The notes: generated from the letters alone by a model not told the origin. Numbered from the stretch's first letter, positions 1 to 14,439 are shown. The stretch: 64,000 nucleotides of DNA from Dictyostelium discoideum (GCA_000004695.1 CM000150.2:4640001-4704000), one strand, 5' to 3'. Numbers and translations are program-made.

Positions 1-1353
<1,353 letters not shown>

Positions 1354-1554
1354 TCTTTTTTTTTATTTCCTTTGTTTTTCTAGAAATGTAAAATTTTCTG
1401 ATAATCTCTCCCAACAACAAACCAACCCCTTGAAATTTTCGAAAAATAAAAAAAAAATGAAAAATAAAAAAAATAAAAATTAAAAAAAAATAAAAATTAA
1501 AAAAAAAATTGATTTTGAAATTATTTTTTTTATTAATTTAATAAAAAAATTTTC

Positions 1555-1586
<32 letters not shown>

Positions 1587-1716
1587 TACACAATAAAAAA
1601 AAAAATATAGTAATAATAACAAATACATTTACATTATATATATATATTTATATATATTTAAAAATCAATAATTTTAAAAAATCAAAATAAAATATATAAA
1701 AAAAAAAAAAAAAAAA

Positions 1717-3879
1717 ATGAAAACAAATTTCACACCACCATCAAAAATAATTAAAAAGAATATATTTGATTTAACATTTACAATTAATAGTTTACCAACA
1801 CATTTAATTAGAAAGATATTATCATATTATTATAATCACTGTTTATCAATGTATGAGTATATTGAAAAGAGTAAAGGTAGTCAATTCTCAGGATATAAAT
1901 TAAGATTTCGTTGGATGGATTTATGTTTAGTTTGTAAATTTTGGATGGAAATGGTTATGCCGTACCTACCGAATACATTCTATTTTATGGATTCTCAGCA
2001 AAAGTTGGAAACCTATTTAAATCTATGTGAATATGGTGGCACGTTTCCAAGACGTTATTTAAAGCAAACTGTACTTCGTGTATCAAAACCACCAGCTTCA
2101 ATAAAGAAATACCCATTCCACATAAACTCGCTAGCAATTTATATCAATCGTTATCAAATGCCAAATCATTATCAGCCAGATACAATCATACCAGAATTTA
2201 TCTATCAACAAATCTTAAAGATATCACCAGACTTGAAGAATCTTAAATTTCAAACTGCAAAAACTGAAAAAGATTTATACTACCTATTGAAATCAATTAA
2301 TGAATCTATAACTCAATCGATTACACCATTACTATCATCATTGAATTTCGATTATTCAATATTTTCAGCCTCAATGCTTTATCAACTTTGTAAAATAATA
2401 GAATCACCAAATTGTACTATTACAAATCTATCATTAAACAATTGCACTTTGTCAACCAATTCATTAGGTGAATTTAGTGATGGCATCATTGATGATGGTG
2501 ATGATGATACAAAAGTTTCATTCATTACATCATTTAAAAAGAATAAATCAATTACAACTTTAAAAATGAATGAAAATAATTTCTTTACAAATTCAAAATC
2601 ATCAAAGAATAGAATTTTAATGGGTGGCACAATTTTACAATTTTTAAAATTGGTTTTAGTAGATTCAACTTCAATTTCAAATTTTCAATTCAATGGTAGT
2701 GAAATATTTTTAGATGAATTAAATAATGAATGTAATAAAATCAATTATCTAACACCAATGCAATCATCATTTGAAAAACTATCATTATCCCTATTGAATA
2801 TTGATAGTTTCTTACCATATTTAGAATATTTAATCACTAGTTCAAGTAATAGTATTAAAGAATTGGATCTTTCTCATTCAAGATTTTCAAATTATTCAAA
2901 TTTAAATAATTTATTAATTTCAATTCAACATTGTCAATCATTATTAAAATTAAATTTATCATCTTCTTCATTTAATATAATTGAAAATTCAAATAATAAT
3001 AATAATAATGTTGGTTTTATTCAACATCCTCAACCACAACAACCACCATTACCACCACAACAACAACAAGATTTTAATGGAAATGGTGGTGATGATGATG
3101 AATTTTTTGATGAAAATGGTGGTGGTGGTTTTGGTGGTAATAATTTTGATGCAAATTCAACAAATGCTTTTAATGAAAATTTTAATGATCAAACTTTATT
3201 TAATAGATCACCAATTGGTTGGGAAAGATTTAGTTTTTTATATGGTACACAATCGTTGATTTCAATTAATTTATCATCGATTAGAATGAGAGATGAAAAA
3301 GAGATGAACTCATTATTTCAATCATTGTGTGGTTCACCTCAAATTCAACAACTATATTTGAATAGATGTGGTTTAACAAGTGGTTGTTTAACTCAATTAA
3401 CCAATTTCATTAGACAACCAAATTCAAAGTTAGAGCTATTACATATTGGTAGTAATGGATTGGGTGGTGGTGGCTCGTCAATTCAAATTCTATTAATGGC
3501 ATTTCAATTAAATAAATCATTAAGTGATATCGATTTATCCTATAATAGTATGACTGATATAGAGGGTTATCATATTGCAAACTTTTTAAAATCAAATGTA
3601 TATGGTGATAAACAACAAATTAGACATTTAAATCTTTCTGGTAGTAGTTTTAAATTGGGTGCAATCAATCAATTGGGTCATGCTCTAATGACCAATAATT
3701 CTTTGGTCTCTTTAAACCTTTCAAATATTCAAATGGGTATGTTGGAAATTACCTATATCTTTGATGCTTTGGTCTCTCATCCAACTATCTCTTTATTAAA
3801 TCTTTCAAATGTTGGTTCAAATGAAATGATTACTTCTTTAGTTCAAACTTCTGCTTTGCGTTGTAATGTAATTTATTAA
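1717..3879 (+). CDS. F-box / leucine-rich-repeat (RNI-like LRR) protein, single exon, 720 aa.
   Basis: The N-terminus LPTHLIRKILSYYY...WMDLCLVCKFWMEMV fits the F-box consensus (LP..i...IL..L, VCK.W). The C-terminal half has repeated LxxLxLSxN/LxLxxN units (LNLSGSSFKLGAINQLGHALMTNNSLVSLNLSNIQMG, LLNLSNVGSNEM) like ribonuclease-inhibitor-type LRRs. Low-complexity N/Q/G inserts are typical of Dictyostelium. The sequence is a long ORF with A-rich flanks. Confidence 0.75.
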   Translation: MKTNFTPPSKIIKKNIFDLTFTINSLPTHLIRKILSYYYNHCLSMYEYIEKSKGSQFSGYKLRFRWMDLCLVCKFWMEMVMPYLPNTFYFMDSQQKLETYLNLCEYGGTFPRRYLKQTVLRVSKPPASIKKYPFHINSLAIYINRYQMPNHYQPDTIIPEFIYQQILKISPDLKNLKFQTAKTEKDLYYLLKSINESITQSITPLLSSLNFDYSIFSASMLYQLCKIIESPNCTITNLSLNNCTLSTNSLGEFSDGIIDDGDDDTKVSFITSFKKNKSITTLKMNENNFFTNSKSSKNRILMGGTILQFLKLVLVDSTSISNFQFNGSEIFLDELNNECNKINYLTPMQSSFEKLSLSLLNIDSFLPYLEYLITSSSNSIKELDLSHSRFSNYSNLNNLLISIQHCQSLLKLNLSSSSFNIIENSNNNNNNVGFIQHPQPQQPPLPPQQQQDFNGNGGDDDEFFDENGGGGFGGNNFDANSTNAFNENFNDQTLFNRSPIGWERFSFLYGTQSLISINLSSIRMRDEKEMNSLFQSLCGSPQIQQLYLNRCGLTSGCLTQLTNFIRQPNSKLELLHIGSNGLGGGGSSIQILLMAFQLNKSLSDIDLSYNSMTDIEGYHIANFLKSNVYGDKQQIRHLNLSGSSFKLGAINQLGHALMTNNSLVSLNLSNIQMGMLEITYIFDALVSHPTISLLNLSNVGSNEMITSLVQTSALRCNVIY

Positions 3880-4151
3880 AAAAAATAAAAATAAAAAATA
3901 AAATTTTAAAAAAAAAAATAAATAAATAAATAAATAATAAAATAAATAAATAAATAATAAAATAAAATAATAATAAAAATCAAATAATCATTTTTTAAAA
4001 TCCTGGAAAAAAAAAAAAAAAAAAAAAAAAATAAATAAAAAAAAAAATGTCACCCCAATTTTTCACCATGATTTTAACCTCTAAATAAAATTTTCAAAGA
4101 AAAATGCCAAAATTAATCAACCTGGTCCTCCCAGATAATTTATTTAGAATG

Positions 4152-4190
<39 letters not shown>

Positions 4191-4389
4191 ATAAATTTCT
4201 AAACATGTCTAAAATTCTTATTTTCATTTTTTTAAACCTTCACTCCGTCGTCAAGTGTCAAATTTTATTTGAATTTATTTATTTTTAATTATTTTTAATT
4301 TTTTTTTTTTTTTTTTTACGATAATTTATTTTTAATTTTTTTAATTTAATTTTTTTTTTTATTATTTTTTTTTTTTATTTTTAAATTTT

Positions 4390-4435
<46 letters not shown>

Positions 4436-4689
4436 TTTTTTTAATTTTTATTTCTATTTTTATTCACAATTGAAATAAAAATATAAACATAAAAAATAAA
4501 TAAATATATATAGGGTTTTGCAGAGCAAAAAAAAAAAAAAAAAAAAAAAAAAAGATATAGCAAAACAAAACAAAATAAAATAAAATAAAACAAAAAAAAA
4601 TAAAATAATAAAATTAGAATTTTTTAGCACAGATAGAGTAATATTATAAACGAATTAGTAATATCAAAAAAAAAAAATAATAATTAAAT

Positions 4690-4938
4690 ATGTCATCATT
4701 AAATAAATCAATTGGAAGTGTTACAGAATCACCAATTAATGTAGTAGTTCATAATTATGATAATAATGACCCAACAGAAACTAGACATGAAGTTCAAACT
4801 AAACATGGTAAATTAGTTTGTTTTCAAAAAATAGGTTCAAATCAATCACCAAATATGCCAACAATAATTTCTTATCATGATTTGGGATTAAATCGTATGT
4901 TTTTTTTTTAAAAAATTTTTTATTTTAATTTATTTTTT

Positions 4939-4983
<45 letters not shown>

Positions 4984-5066
4984 CCCATATTATTAGGAAT
5001 TTAAATATTAATCAAAATTATTTTATTTGTAAAAAAAAAAAAAAAAACCAACATCAACAACTTTTT

Positions 5067-5144
<78 letters not shown>

Positions 5145-6184
5145 AATAGATACAACATGTTTTTCACCATTTTTCAATCATCCAAATATGAATCATATTT
5201 TACCATATTTAAATATTATTCATATCGAAGCACCAGGTCATGAATTTAATGCAGAAACCATTCCATCATCACAATATCCATCAATTACTGAAATGGCTGA
5301 AGACATTCAATATGTTTTAGATTATTTTAAGTATGTAGTATATATATAAATTAAAATATTTTACATTTTCTAACATGTAACTTTTATTTTTTATTTTATT
5401 TTTTTTTACTTAGGGTTAAAGTATTTATTGGATTAGGTGCAGGTGCAGGTGGTTGTATTTTAACACAATATTCAATTTTTTATCCAAGATCAGTGGTTGG
5501 TTTAGTTTTAGTTGGTTCAGTTATTAAATCATTTAGTTGGTTAGATTGGGTTAAATCATGGGTTGAATTAACAACATTACCATCTTTAAAAAATCCAACT
5601 GGTGTTAGAAAATATCTTATTGATCATTATTATGCTGATGTAAGCTTAGAGGATTTTTTTTATTTTTTAATTTTTATTTTTAAAATTTTCATTCTAATAT
5701 ATTTATTTTATTTATTATCTATATATTTAGAATTTAGAAGAAACCAACCCAGATTTATTAGAGATAATTAAAAAGGAAATGGTTTTAATTAATCCAGATA
5801 ATTTATATCATTATGTTCATTCATTTGTAAAGTGAGTAGTAAAATTAATATATATATATATATATATAAATTAATTAGATTTATGGTTATTAACAAAATA
5901 ATAATAATAATAATAGGAGAGATGATATTAAAGAAGAACAAATTAAAGCATTAGGATGTAAAATTTTATTAGTAGTTGGTAAAGATTCAACATATAAAGA
6001 GGATATCATTGATTTATTCTCACAATTTAATCCAAGAAATTCAACTATTCTTCAAGTTCCAGATTGCGGTATTTTGGTAACTGCTGAGAAACCAGGTGAT
6101 ATCGTAGAACCATTTAAATTATTTATGCAAGGTATTGGTTTCTTATTGGATTATTATCAAAGTCATGACGATGCTCAAAAATAA
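4690..6184 (+). CDS. NDRG-family (N-myc downstream-regulated, alpha/beta-hydrolase fold) protein with 5 exons: 4690..4894, 5150..5330, 5414..5639, 5731..5831, 5917..6184.
   Basis: Exon 1 encodes ...KHGKLVCFQKIGSNQSPNMPTIISYHDLGLN, matching the NDRG motif YHD(I/L)GLN. Exon 2 encodes HTTCFSPFFNHPNMNHILPYLNIIHIEAPGHEFNAETIPSSQYPSITEMAEDIQYVLDYF. Exon 3 encodes VKVFIGLGAGAGGCILTQYSIFYPRSVVGLVLVGS...DWVKSW. Exon 4 encodes NLEETNPDLLEIIKKEMVLINPDNLYHYVHSFV. Exon 5 encodes KILLVVGKDSTYKEDIIDLFSQFNPRNSTILQVPDCGILVTAEKPGDIVEPFKLFMQGIGF and then stops. The donors are GTATGT/GTAAGC/GTGAGT and the acceptors are (t/a)nAG, all phase-consistent. The ORF-track pieces at 4690 and 5493 are fragments of this gene. 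Confidence 0.8.
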
Positions 6185-6244
6185 TACATATTAAATAAAT
6201 TTTATTTTTTTTATTTTTATTTTTTTTTTTTTTATTTTTTAATT

Positions 6245-6275
<31 letters not shown>

Positions 6276-6537
6276 TTAGATTCTTATTATTTTTTTATTT
6301 TTTATTTTATTTATTTATTTTTTTTTTTTTTGTTGGGTTCTATTGTTTCTTTGAGAATTCTTTTTTTTTTTTTTTTTTTTTTGAACATTGTTTTAAATTA
6401 ATTTTAATTTATTTTTATTTTTTTTTATTTTTTTATTTTTTTTGGAAAAATGTTTTATTAATTAATTTTTTAATTTTATTTTCTTATTTTTATTTTTTAT
6501 TTTTTTTTTTTTTTAATGAAAATTTTTAATTATTTAA

Positions 6538-6978
6538 ATGCTTTCTTCTAAATTTTTTTCATTGTATTCAAAAACAAAGTTATTAAAATCAACAACATCA
6601 AATTTTATATTATTTAATAAATTAAAGTACAGTAGTAACAATCAAGATTTCGAGAAAAGATTTTTTAAAATGTCAGATAACAAAACAACAACAACAACAA
6701 CGACAGCTACATCAACATCAACACCAACACCATCAACATTAAATGATAAATCGACTATAAAAACAACTCCAATAACAGATAATAATAATAATAATGAAAA
6801 TTTTAAATATACAAATAAATTAATAAATGAAAAATCACCATATTTATTAAAACACGCTCATAATCCAGTTGATTGGTTGCCATGGGGAGAAGAGGCTTTT
6901 AAAATTGCAAGAGATAATGATAAATTAATATTTCTTAGTGTTGGTTATATGGCATGTCATTGGGTAAGTAAATAGTAA

Positions 6979-7037
<59 letters not shown>

Positions 7038-9118
7038 TTTAAATTCTAATATTTTTAAAAATATATTAGTGTAATGTTATGGAACGTGAATGTTTTGAAA
7101 ATGTTGAAATTGCTAAAGTAATGAATGAATATTGTGTAAATATTAAAATTGACCGTGAAGAAAGACCAGATATTGATAAGATTTATATGACCTATTTAAC
7201 CGAGATTAGTGGATCAGGTGGTTGGCCGATGAGCATTTGGTTAACACCTCAATTACATCCAATCACAGGTGGTACATATTTCGCACCAGAAGCAAAGTAT
7301 GGTAGACCAGGGTTCCCTGACCTTATAAAGAAATTGGATAAACTTTGGAGAAAAGATAGAGAAATGGTTCAAGAGAGAGCAGATTCATTCATTAAATTCT
7401 TGAAGGAAGAAAAACCAATGGGTAATATTAATAATGCATTGTCAAGTCAAACCATAGAGAAATGTTTTCAACAAATTATGAAAGGTTATGATCCAATCGA
7501 TGGTGGTTATTCTGATGCACCAAAATTTCCAAGATGTTCGATTTTCAATCTCCTATTAATGACTTTAAAAGAGGATTATTCAAAACAAGTTGGATCATTA
7601 GATAAGCTAGTATTCACATTGGAGAAAATGGCAAATGGTGGAATGTATGATCAAGTTGGTGGTGGTTTTCATAGATATTCAGTTACCTCTGACTGGATGA
7701 TACCACATTTTGAAAAGATGTTATATGATAATGCACAATTGGCATCAGTTTATTTAGATGCTTATCAAATCACTAAATCACCATTATTTGAAAGAGTAGC
7801 TAAAGAAATCTTACACTATGTTTCAACTAAATTAACTCATACTCTTGGTGGTTTCTTTTCAGCTGAGGATGCAGATAGTTTAAATTTAGAAATAAATGAA
7901 AAACAAGAAGGTGCATTCTACGTTTGGTCATATCAAGATATTAAAAAAGCAATTCAAGATAAAGATGATATTGAAATTTATTCATTTCACCATGGTTTAA
8001 TTGAAAATGGTAATGTAGATCCAAAAGATGATCCACATAATGAATTTAAAGATAAGAATGTAATAACAATTGTAAAGAGTTTAAAAGAAACTGCAGCATA
8101 CTTTAAAAAGACTCAAGAGGAAATTGAAAAATCATTAAATCAATCAAAAGAGAAATTATTCAAATTTAGAGAACAATTTAAACCAAAACCACAATTGGAT
8201 GATAAAATCATTGTATCATGGAATGGTTTAATGGTATCATCATTTTGTAAAGCTTATCAATTATTTAAAGATGAAAAATATTTAAATAGTGCAATTAAAT
8301 CAATTGAATTCATAAAAACCCATCTATACGATAGTGTTGGTGATGATAATGATTACGATGATGAAGACGATAAACTTAATAATTGTAGATTAATTAGAAA
8401 TTATAAAGATGGTCCATCGAAAATTCACGCATTCACAGATGATTATTCATTTTTAATTCAAGCATTATTGGATTTATATCAAGTTACATTTGATTATAAA
8501 CATTTGGAATGGGCAATGAAATTACAAAAACAACAAGATAATTTATTCTATGATTTAGAGAATGGTGGTTATTACTCAACATCTGGTTTAGATAAATCAA
8601 TTCTATCTAGAATGAAAGAAGAACATGATGGTGCTGAACCATCACCTCAATCAATTAGTGTTTCAAATTTATTAAAACTTTACTCAATAACCTATAATGA
8701 AGCCTATAAAGAGAAAGCAAAGAAAACCTTGGAGAATTGTTCATTATATTTAGAAAAGGCACCACTTGTTTTCCCACAAATGGTTTGTTCATTATATTTA
8801 TACTTAAATTCAATCAATACAATCATTCTATCAACTAATAGTAATGATAATCAACAAAAACAACAATTACTATCAATTCTTGATGAAATTCATTCAAATT
8901 ATATACCAAATAAATTAATTCTATTAAATGATCATTCAAATAATTCAATTACACAATTCTTTGAAAAGAGTACTTCAAATTTAAATTTATCACTTTCAAC
9001 ACCAGTTTATGATAAAACTACATTTTCATTATGTAATCCAAATGGTTGCACAATTTCAACAAATCAATTACAACAAATTAAATCAAATTTAATAAATCAA
9101 ATTTATCCAAAATATTAA
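6538..9118 (+). CDS. SPATA20-like protein: an N-terminal thioredoxin-like DUF255 domain plus a six-hairpin glycosidase-like domain. Two exons: 6538..6963 and 7070..9118.
   Basis: Exon 1 ends ...[43 protein letters not shown] at a GTAAGT donor (6964). Exon 2 begins [40 protein letters not shown] after the acceptor tattAG (7069). The spliced junction ACHW|C(N)VME reproduces the conserved YxxCHWCHVM motif of the SPATA20/YyaL family. Start at ATG 6538 is uncertain; an in-frame Met also occurs at about 6663. Confidence 0.8.
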
Positions 9119-9482
9119 AATTTTGTTAAATAAAAATTAAATAAATAAAAAAAAAAAAAAAATAATAAAAAAAGATATTCTTTTTTTTTTTTTTAAGAAA
9201 AATATCTGAATATTGGTGACTGTGTTTTTAAGGGAGTCATATATTGAAAAAAAGTAAAAATAAAAAACTGACCAATGCCACATAAAATTACTTTTCACCT
9301 TTTGGTTTCAGTTTTTTTTTTTTTTAATTTTTTTTTTTATTTTTTTTATTTTTACAATTTTGATCAAAAAAAAATCTTTTTTTTTTTTTTTTTCTTAATT
9401 TTTTATTTTTACTCCCACCATAAAAAAAAAAAACAATCAAAAAAACAAATATTTTCAAAGTTATATAAAAAAAATTATAAAA

Positions 9483-12400
9483 ATGGAAATCTTATTCTGG
9501 AAAGTTTTTAAAAATAAATATTTGTTTAGATTAATATTTGATGATGTAAAGAATCAAAGTATATATAGTGATCAAAGAAGACATATGATTTCAAAAAGAA
9601 TTAGATTTGAACAAATTCAATCATTAGAATGGTTAATTCAAAAGAAACAATATAATCTTTTAAAAGATAAATTAAAATCAAATCAACCAATACATATAAC
9701 TGAACAATCTATAAAGAGATTATTTCAAGATATTAAATCAATTGAAATTAAATCAAAACTTGGAAAACAAATAATTGAAATTTTAAAACTTTTATATCAC
9801 CACAAAAGAGATGAAATGAATACACTCGATTTAATTGAAACATCAATGATTTTTAATTCAAAAATTGCATTATCAACATTTTTAGAAATTTTCAATAATA
9901 CTACTGATGATAGTGAAGATGATGATGAAAATAATAATGAAAATAATAATAATAATAATAAATTATCAAAAGAATTATTTGATTTAGGTATAATTAATTC
10001 AAGTTTTGAATGTTTAAAATTTATAATTGAAAATTATTCAATTAATTATACAGAGTCAGATTTAATAAAGAATGCGTTGGATTCAAATGAACCAGATAGA
10101 ATGTTAGAATTTATTGAAATTGAATTAAAATTAGATTTAAAAGAATTGATTAATAAATATAGAGATAGGAAACAAAGTCATATTAAATGTTTATCAATTT
10201 ATTTTTTAAAATCAATTAGATATAAATTATTAATTTTAGAGAATAATTTCATTATTGATAAAGGTGATGATGGTGCACATAGTCAAACTATTTCAACGAC
10301 ATCATCGAATTTCGCTGCTATAATGGATGGTCCAAATAAGAATTCATTTCAAGAACAAGAGGAGAATTCTTCAAATTTAGATTTCAACAATTTAAAAGCA
10401 ATGCTATTGGAAAGATTTGATACGACTTTAAAGAGAACACCAATAATTGAATCAATGAAAAATGTTACAACAACTAATCAACTATTGGAATTACATAAAA
10501 AACATTTAGATTTACAATTTATATCATTCAATGTTATAAATGAAAGAGTTGATGATGAAATTCCAACATTTTTAAAATCGATTTTCTTAACTAGGAATAC
10601 ACTATTTCATCTTATTAAATTATCTTGTATGTATTTTAATTTGGATGCTTTGAATCTTTATTTTAAAGTTTCTAGTTCCGGTTGTGATTTAAGATTTCCA
10701 GATGCTGTAAATGTTTCATCATTCAATTATAATGGAATTAATAAATTGGTTCAATCTGAAACTAAAATAGTGGAATTTATAAATAAAGCCTTTGAAATAC
10801 TTTCAGAAAAACTACTTTATGAAAAAGATATCTTTAAAATCATTGTAAATGTATTATTAATTAAATATGATAGTAATGTAATTGAAGCAGTATTAAACAA
10901 TTGTTTATCTTTTTCAAGTCAATTTCTATCATTCATTTTAAATGATTCAATTAATGGTGATGAAGTTGTAAGGTTAATTTGGAAAAATCCAACAATACCA
11001 ATAGATAATTTATTAATAGTTTTATCAAGAAAACGTGAACCATTTAGAGAAAGAGGTTTATCATTATTCATTTCAAATCATACCGATCAAGATAAAATTA
11101 AAATTTTTAATAATATTTGTAAAGTTGATAGAATCTTATTAAAATCAAAAGGATTACAACCATCATTAACAAAATCCTATAGAAAGAAATTAATTGAAGA
11201 TTATTTACAATTAAATAAAAAATCATTATCAAATTCAATTAATATATTTAAACAATTAGATTTAGATTCAATTGAATTAAAAGATGAAATCATTTCATTT
11301 TTATTTAAAGATTTTATTTTAAATTCAATATTTAATAATGATAATGATTATGATAATGGTCAAGAAGAAGAAGAGGAGGAAGAAGATAAGGAAAATAAAA
11401 TTAAAATATTAAATGAAATTTTTACAAATATATCTCAAGTTTGTGGTGATGGTGAAAATCAAATAGTTTTTTCAATTGATTTATCAATTATTGAAAAAAT
11501 TACAATAATTTTTAAAATTTTAAAAAATAATTTTATAAATATTGAAATTATAAAGAAATCAATTGAAAAAGGATTTTCAGATGAATTAATTATAAAATTA
11601 TTTCAACTTTCAAAAGAATGTAATTCGATTATACCAAAGGATATAATTTTTAATAGTTTATTAGTTGATAAAAGATATTTTTTAGTTAGTAACCTTATTG
11701 AATCATTTAAAGAATCAAATGGTAAAATTCAATATTTTACACCATCACCATTTTCATTGGATCCAAGTTTTAGAGAATCAAGTTTAAATGTTGATAGATT
11801 ATTTACAAATTTAAAGAATAAACAATTTTTAAGTTCAAAAATTCCATTAGGTGCAGATTGGAATCTAACAAGTCATAATGAATTTCTTTTAGATTTTAAA
11901 TCTTCAAATTCAATTGCCAGTTGTTTCTTTAAGAGAAGTGATATTTTTGAACATTTAATTGAATTTTTAGATTTCAGTAGGTTTAAATCAATTTATTCTT
12001 TAGATCATTCATTTGATGAAAAAATAAAGAAATCATTACCTTCACTTATAAAAGCAAATAGATTAGATCTTTTACAATATTATTTCCCATTCATTCAATT
12101 TCAATCGTCAAATGAAGTTACACCATTAATAATGTTATCAATTCAATTGGGTAATATTCAAATTTTAAATTTCTTTTTAAACTATCCAACTTTTAAAAAC
12201 TCTGAAATACAATTAGATTTTCAAGAACTTTTTAGAGAATCTTTAAAATTTTGTCATTTTAATATTATTAAATTATTAATTTCAACCGTTTCAAATAGTA
12301 ATAATAATAAAAAGAATTCCCTTGAAATTAATTCAAATCAAATTTGTCATCTTATTATCAATAATAGATTAGAGATTTTAAAATACCTATACAAAGAAAG

Positions 12401-12713
12401 GTTATTGGGAATTTCTGATTTTCAAGATTTCTCACTTGATACTCGTACAAATTCAATCATTTCCAGAAAATCTTTATTTGCTACTCGTCTACAAAAAGAT
12501 AATTATACTTTCTTTGCAAATTATCTGTACCCAATTTTTATATCACCATCAAATATTATATTACCTGAAAAATTATTTTATTTTATATTAAAAATTAAAG
12601 AAAATGATTGTTTAGTTTTTAACGAAAAAAAAACAAAAAAAATCATTGAAATTCGTAATAACAAAAGATTAGAAAAATTAATAAAACAAAAAAATAAAAT
12701 GAAATTAACTTAA
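9483..12713 (+). CDS. Large hypothetical protein (1076 aa), single exon, no confidently recognisable domain. There may be weak ankyrin-like helical repeats near the C-terminus.
   Basis: The call rests on a continuous 3.2-kb ORF with Dictyostelium codon bias (NNN, EEE tracts) and a plausible ATG in an A-rich context. The convergent downstream gene stops only about 115 bp away. Confidence 0.6.
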   Translation: MEILFWKVFKNKYLFRLIFDDVKNQSIYSDQRRHMISKRIRFEQIQSLEWLIQKKQYNLLKDKLKSNQPIHITEQSIKRLFQDIKSIEIKSKLGKQIIEILKLLYHHKRDEMNTLDLIETSMIFNSKIALSTFLEIFNNTTDDSEDDDENNNENNNNNNKLSKELFDLGIINSSFECLKFIIENYSINYTESDLIKNALDSNEPDRMLEFIEIELKLDLKELINKYRDRKQSHIKCLSIYFLKSIRYKLLILENNFIIDKGDDGAHSQTISTTSSNFAAIMDGPNKNSFQEQEENSSNLDFNNLKAMLLERFDTTLKRTPIIESMKNVTTTNQLLELHKKHLDLQFISFNVINERVDDEIPTFLKSIFLTRNTLFHLIKLSCMYFNLDALNLYFKVSSSGCDLRFPDAVNVSSFNYNGINKLVQSETKIVEFINKAFEILSEKLLYEKDIFKIIVNVLLIKYDSNVIEAVLNNCLSFSSQFLSFILNDSINGDEVVRLIWKNPTIPIDNLLIVLSRKREPFRERGLSLFISNHTDQDKIKIFNNICKVDRILLKSKGLQPSLTKSYRKKLIEDYLQLNKKSLSNSINIFKQLDLDSIELKDEIISFLFKDFILNSIFNNDNDYDNGQEEEEEEEDKENKIKILNEIFTNISQVCGDGENQIVFSIDLSIIEKITIIFKILKNNFINIEIIKKSIEKGFSDELIIKLFQLSKECNSIIPKDIIFNSLLVDKRYFLVSNLIESFKESNGKIQYFTPSPFSLDPSFRESSLNVDRLFTNLKNKQFLSSKIPLGADWNLTSHNEFLLDFKSSNSIASCFFKRSDIFEHLIEFLDFSRFKSIYSLDHSFDEKIKKSLPSLIKANRLDLLQYYFPFIQFQSSNEVTPLIMLSIQLGNIQILNFFLNYPTFKNSEIQLDFQELFRESLKFCHFNIIKLLISTVSNSNNNKKNSLEINSNQICHLIINNRLEILKYLYKERLLGISDFQDFSLDTRTNSIISRKSLFATRLQKDNYTFFANYLYPIFISPSNIILPEKLFYFILKIKENDCLVFNEKKTKKIIEIRNNKRLEKLIKQKNKMKLT

Positions 12714-12828
12714 AATAAAATTCTTATTTAAATTTTATTATTACTATGAAGATTTGTTTTAATTATTTATTTATTAAATTTAATTTTATTTTTTATTTTT
12801 CTTTATTATTTTCTTTTTTTGGTTGTAT

Positions 12829-13941
12829 TTATATACATAATAGAGATACTGAATTCATATCAGGAACACAATTTCCAGTTGATTGATCACAGTAGTGATT
12901 TCTACAAATTAATCCTATAAGAATAATGTCCACAACTTTTTTTGGTGGGCATGTAATATTTGTATGTGTACAACCATTTAGACCACATTGATCTATAGTG
13001 CATTTCTTTCCATCATTACAATTTGAATTATTCAATGTGAATTGGCAACCAGTGGAGGGATTACAGGTGTCATCAGAACATGGATTTCCATCTTCGCAAA
13101 CTATTGGAACTGGTAATGAACAACCATCTTCAGTACATGTACTATTTACACATTTATTACCATTTGTACAAATAGTATCATTTAATATTGAACCACATCC
13201 AAATAAGGGATGACAAAAATCTTCTGAACATGGGTTATCATCATCACAATCGACCTCTTGTTGAACACATCCATTGTCGGTACATATACCTTCGGAACAT
13301 GCACTTAGTGAATCACAATTCCAATCGTTTTTTTGTGAAACACATCCGTTTTTAAAATCGCAATAATCATCTGTGCATGGATTACCATCATTGCAATTAT
13401 CTTCTACGTATTTACAGCCAAACTCTCCACATACTCCACTTAGGACACAAGTAGAGAAGTTACTTGCTTTATTTGAACAAATGGTATCATTGGAAAAGTG
13501 GATGCATTCTCCAAGTATTGGGTCACAATAGTCGTTGGTACATTCATTATCATCATGGCAATCAATTTCATCGTATTCACAAATACCAGTTTCTCTATTA
13601 CAACCTAATGGAATTTGACATGGGTTTGGTGCTGGACAATTTACTTTTGGTATAGCAACACAACCACTTTGAGTATCACATAGAAACATATCACATAAAT
13701 TTTCTGGTGGGCATAATGAATTATTTGGAGTATTTTTAACACCATATCTATCACTACATGTGTCGACTGTACAATCAACTTCATCATCTAAATCTATTGT
13801 TTCATATAAACATGTTGAATTTCTGCAACCTATAAATGAATAACAATTTCTATTTTCAACGCAATAAGTTTCTCCACAATACTCTGAACAACAAAGTTTT
13901 ATAGCAAATAATAAAAATACTACAATATATAATAATTTCAT
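12829..13941 (-). CDS. Secreted cysteine-rich protein built of Dictyostelium CTDC-type repeats (Dicty_CTDC, PF00526-like), single exon.
   Basis: There is an N-terminal signal peptide, MKLLYIVVFLLFAIKLCCS. About 10 tandem units of the form C.D.N.CT.D.C....GC follow (for example CNDGNPCTDDYCDFKNGCV, CDDDNPCSEDFCHPLFGCGS, CHDDNECTNDYCDPILGEC). This is the pattern of prestalk/prespore extracellular-matrix repeat proteins. Confidence 0.75.
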   Translation of the reverse strand: MKLLYIVVFLLFAIKLCCSEYCGETYCVENRNCYSFIGCRNSTCLYETIDLDDEVDCTVDTCSDRYGVKNTPNNSLCPPENLCDMFLCDTQSGCVAIPKVNCPAPNPCQIPLGCNRETGICEYDEIDCHDDNECTNDYCDPILGECIHFSNDTICSNKASNFSTCVLSGVCGEFGCKYVEDNCNDGNPCTDDYCDFKNGCVSQKNDWNCDSLSACSEGICTDNGCVQQEVDCDDDNPCSEDFCHPLFGCGSILNDTICTNGNKCVNSTCTEDGCSLPVPIVCEDGNPCSDDTCNPSTGCQFTLNNSNCNDGKKCTIDQCGLNGCTHTNITCPPKKVVDIILIGLICRNHYCDQSTGNCVPDMNSVSLLCI

Positions 13942-14028
13942 ATTATTTAAAATTAGATTTAATTATTATAATAAATTAAATAGAATGTAGTTTGTTTATT
14001 TAAAAAAAGAATTTAAAAAAAAAAAAAA

Positions 14029-14062
<34 letters not shown>

Positions 14063-14260
14063 GATTTTGGTTACCGAAAAAAGTTTGATTTAAATAAACG
14101 GTTAATTTTATTATGTAATTTTGAAATAAAATTTATGACGAAAAAAAAAAAAAAGGAAAGAAATCTGGTTTGGAGATTTTTAGCTTGTGGGCCAATCTAA
14201 AAAAAAAAAAAATAATCTTGAATTAAAAATCATTGAACGGGGCTAATCAAATTAATATTT

Positions 14261-14292
<32 letters not shown>

Positions 14293-14439
14293 CCCAAAGA
14301 TATTGATTTTTAAAATATTAGACCCAATAAATTTAAAATTTTTCAGTTTTTATCTTTAGAAATGGAGTGATGAAAAAATTTTTTTTTTTTTTTTTTTTTT
14401 TAATTTAATTTTTAATTAATTTAAATTGAGAATCGTAAA

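Noticed and set aside
2382-3595. Short ORFs on both strands inside 1717-3879
   Set aside because: They are nested in or antisense to the F-box/LRR coding exon. They have low-complexity composition and no independent signals.
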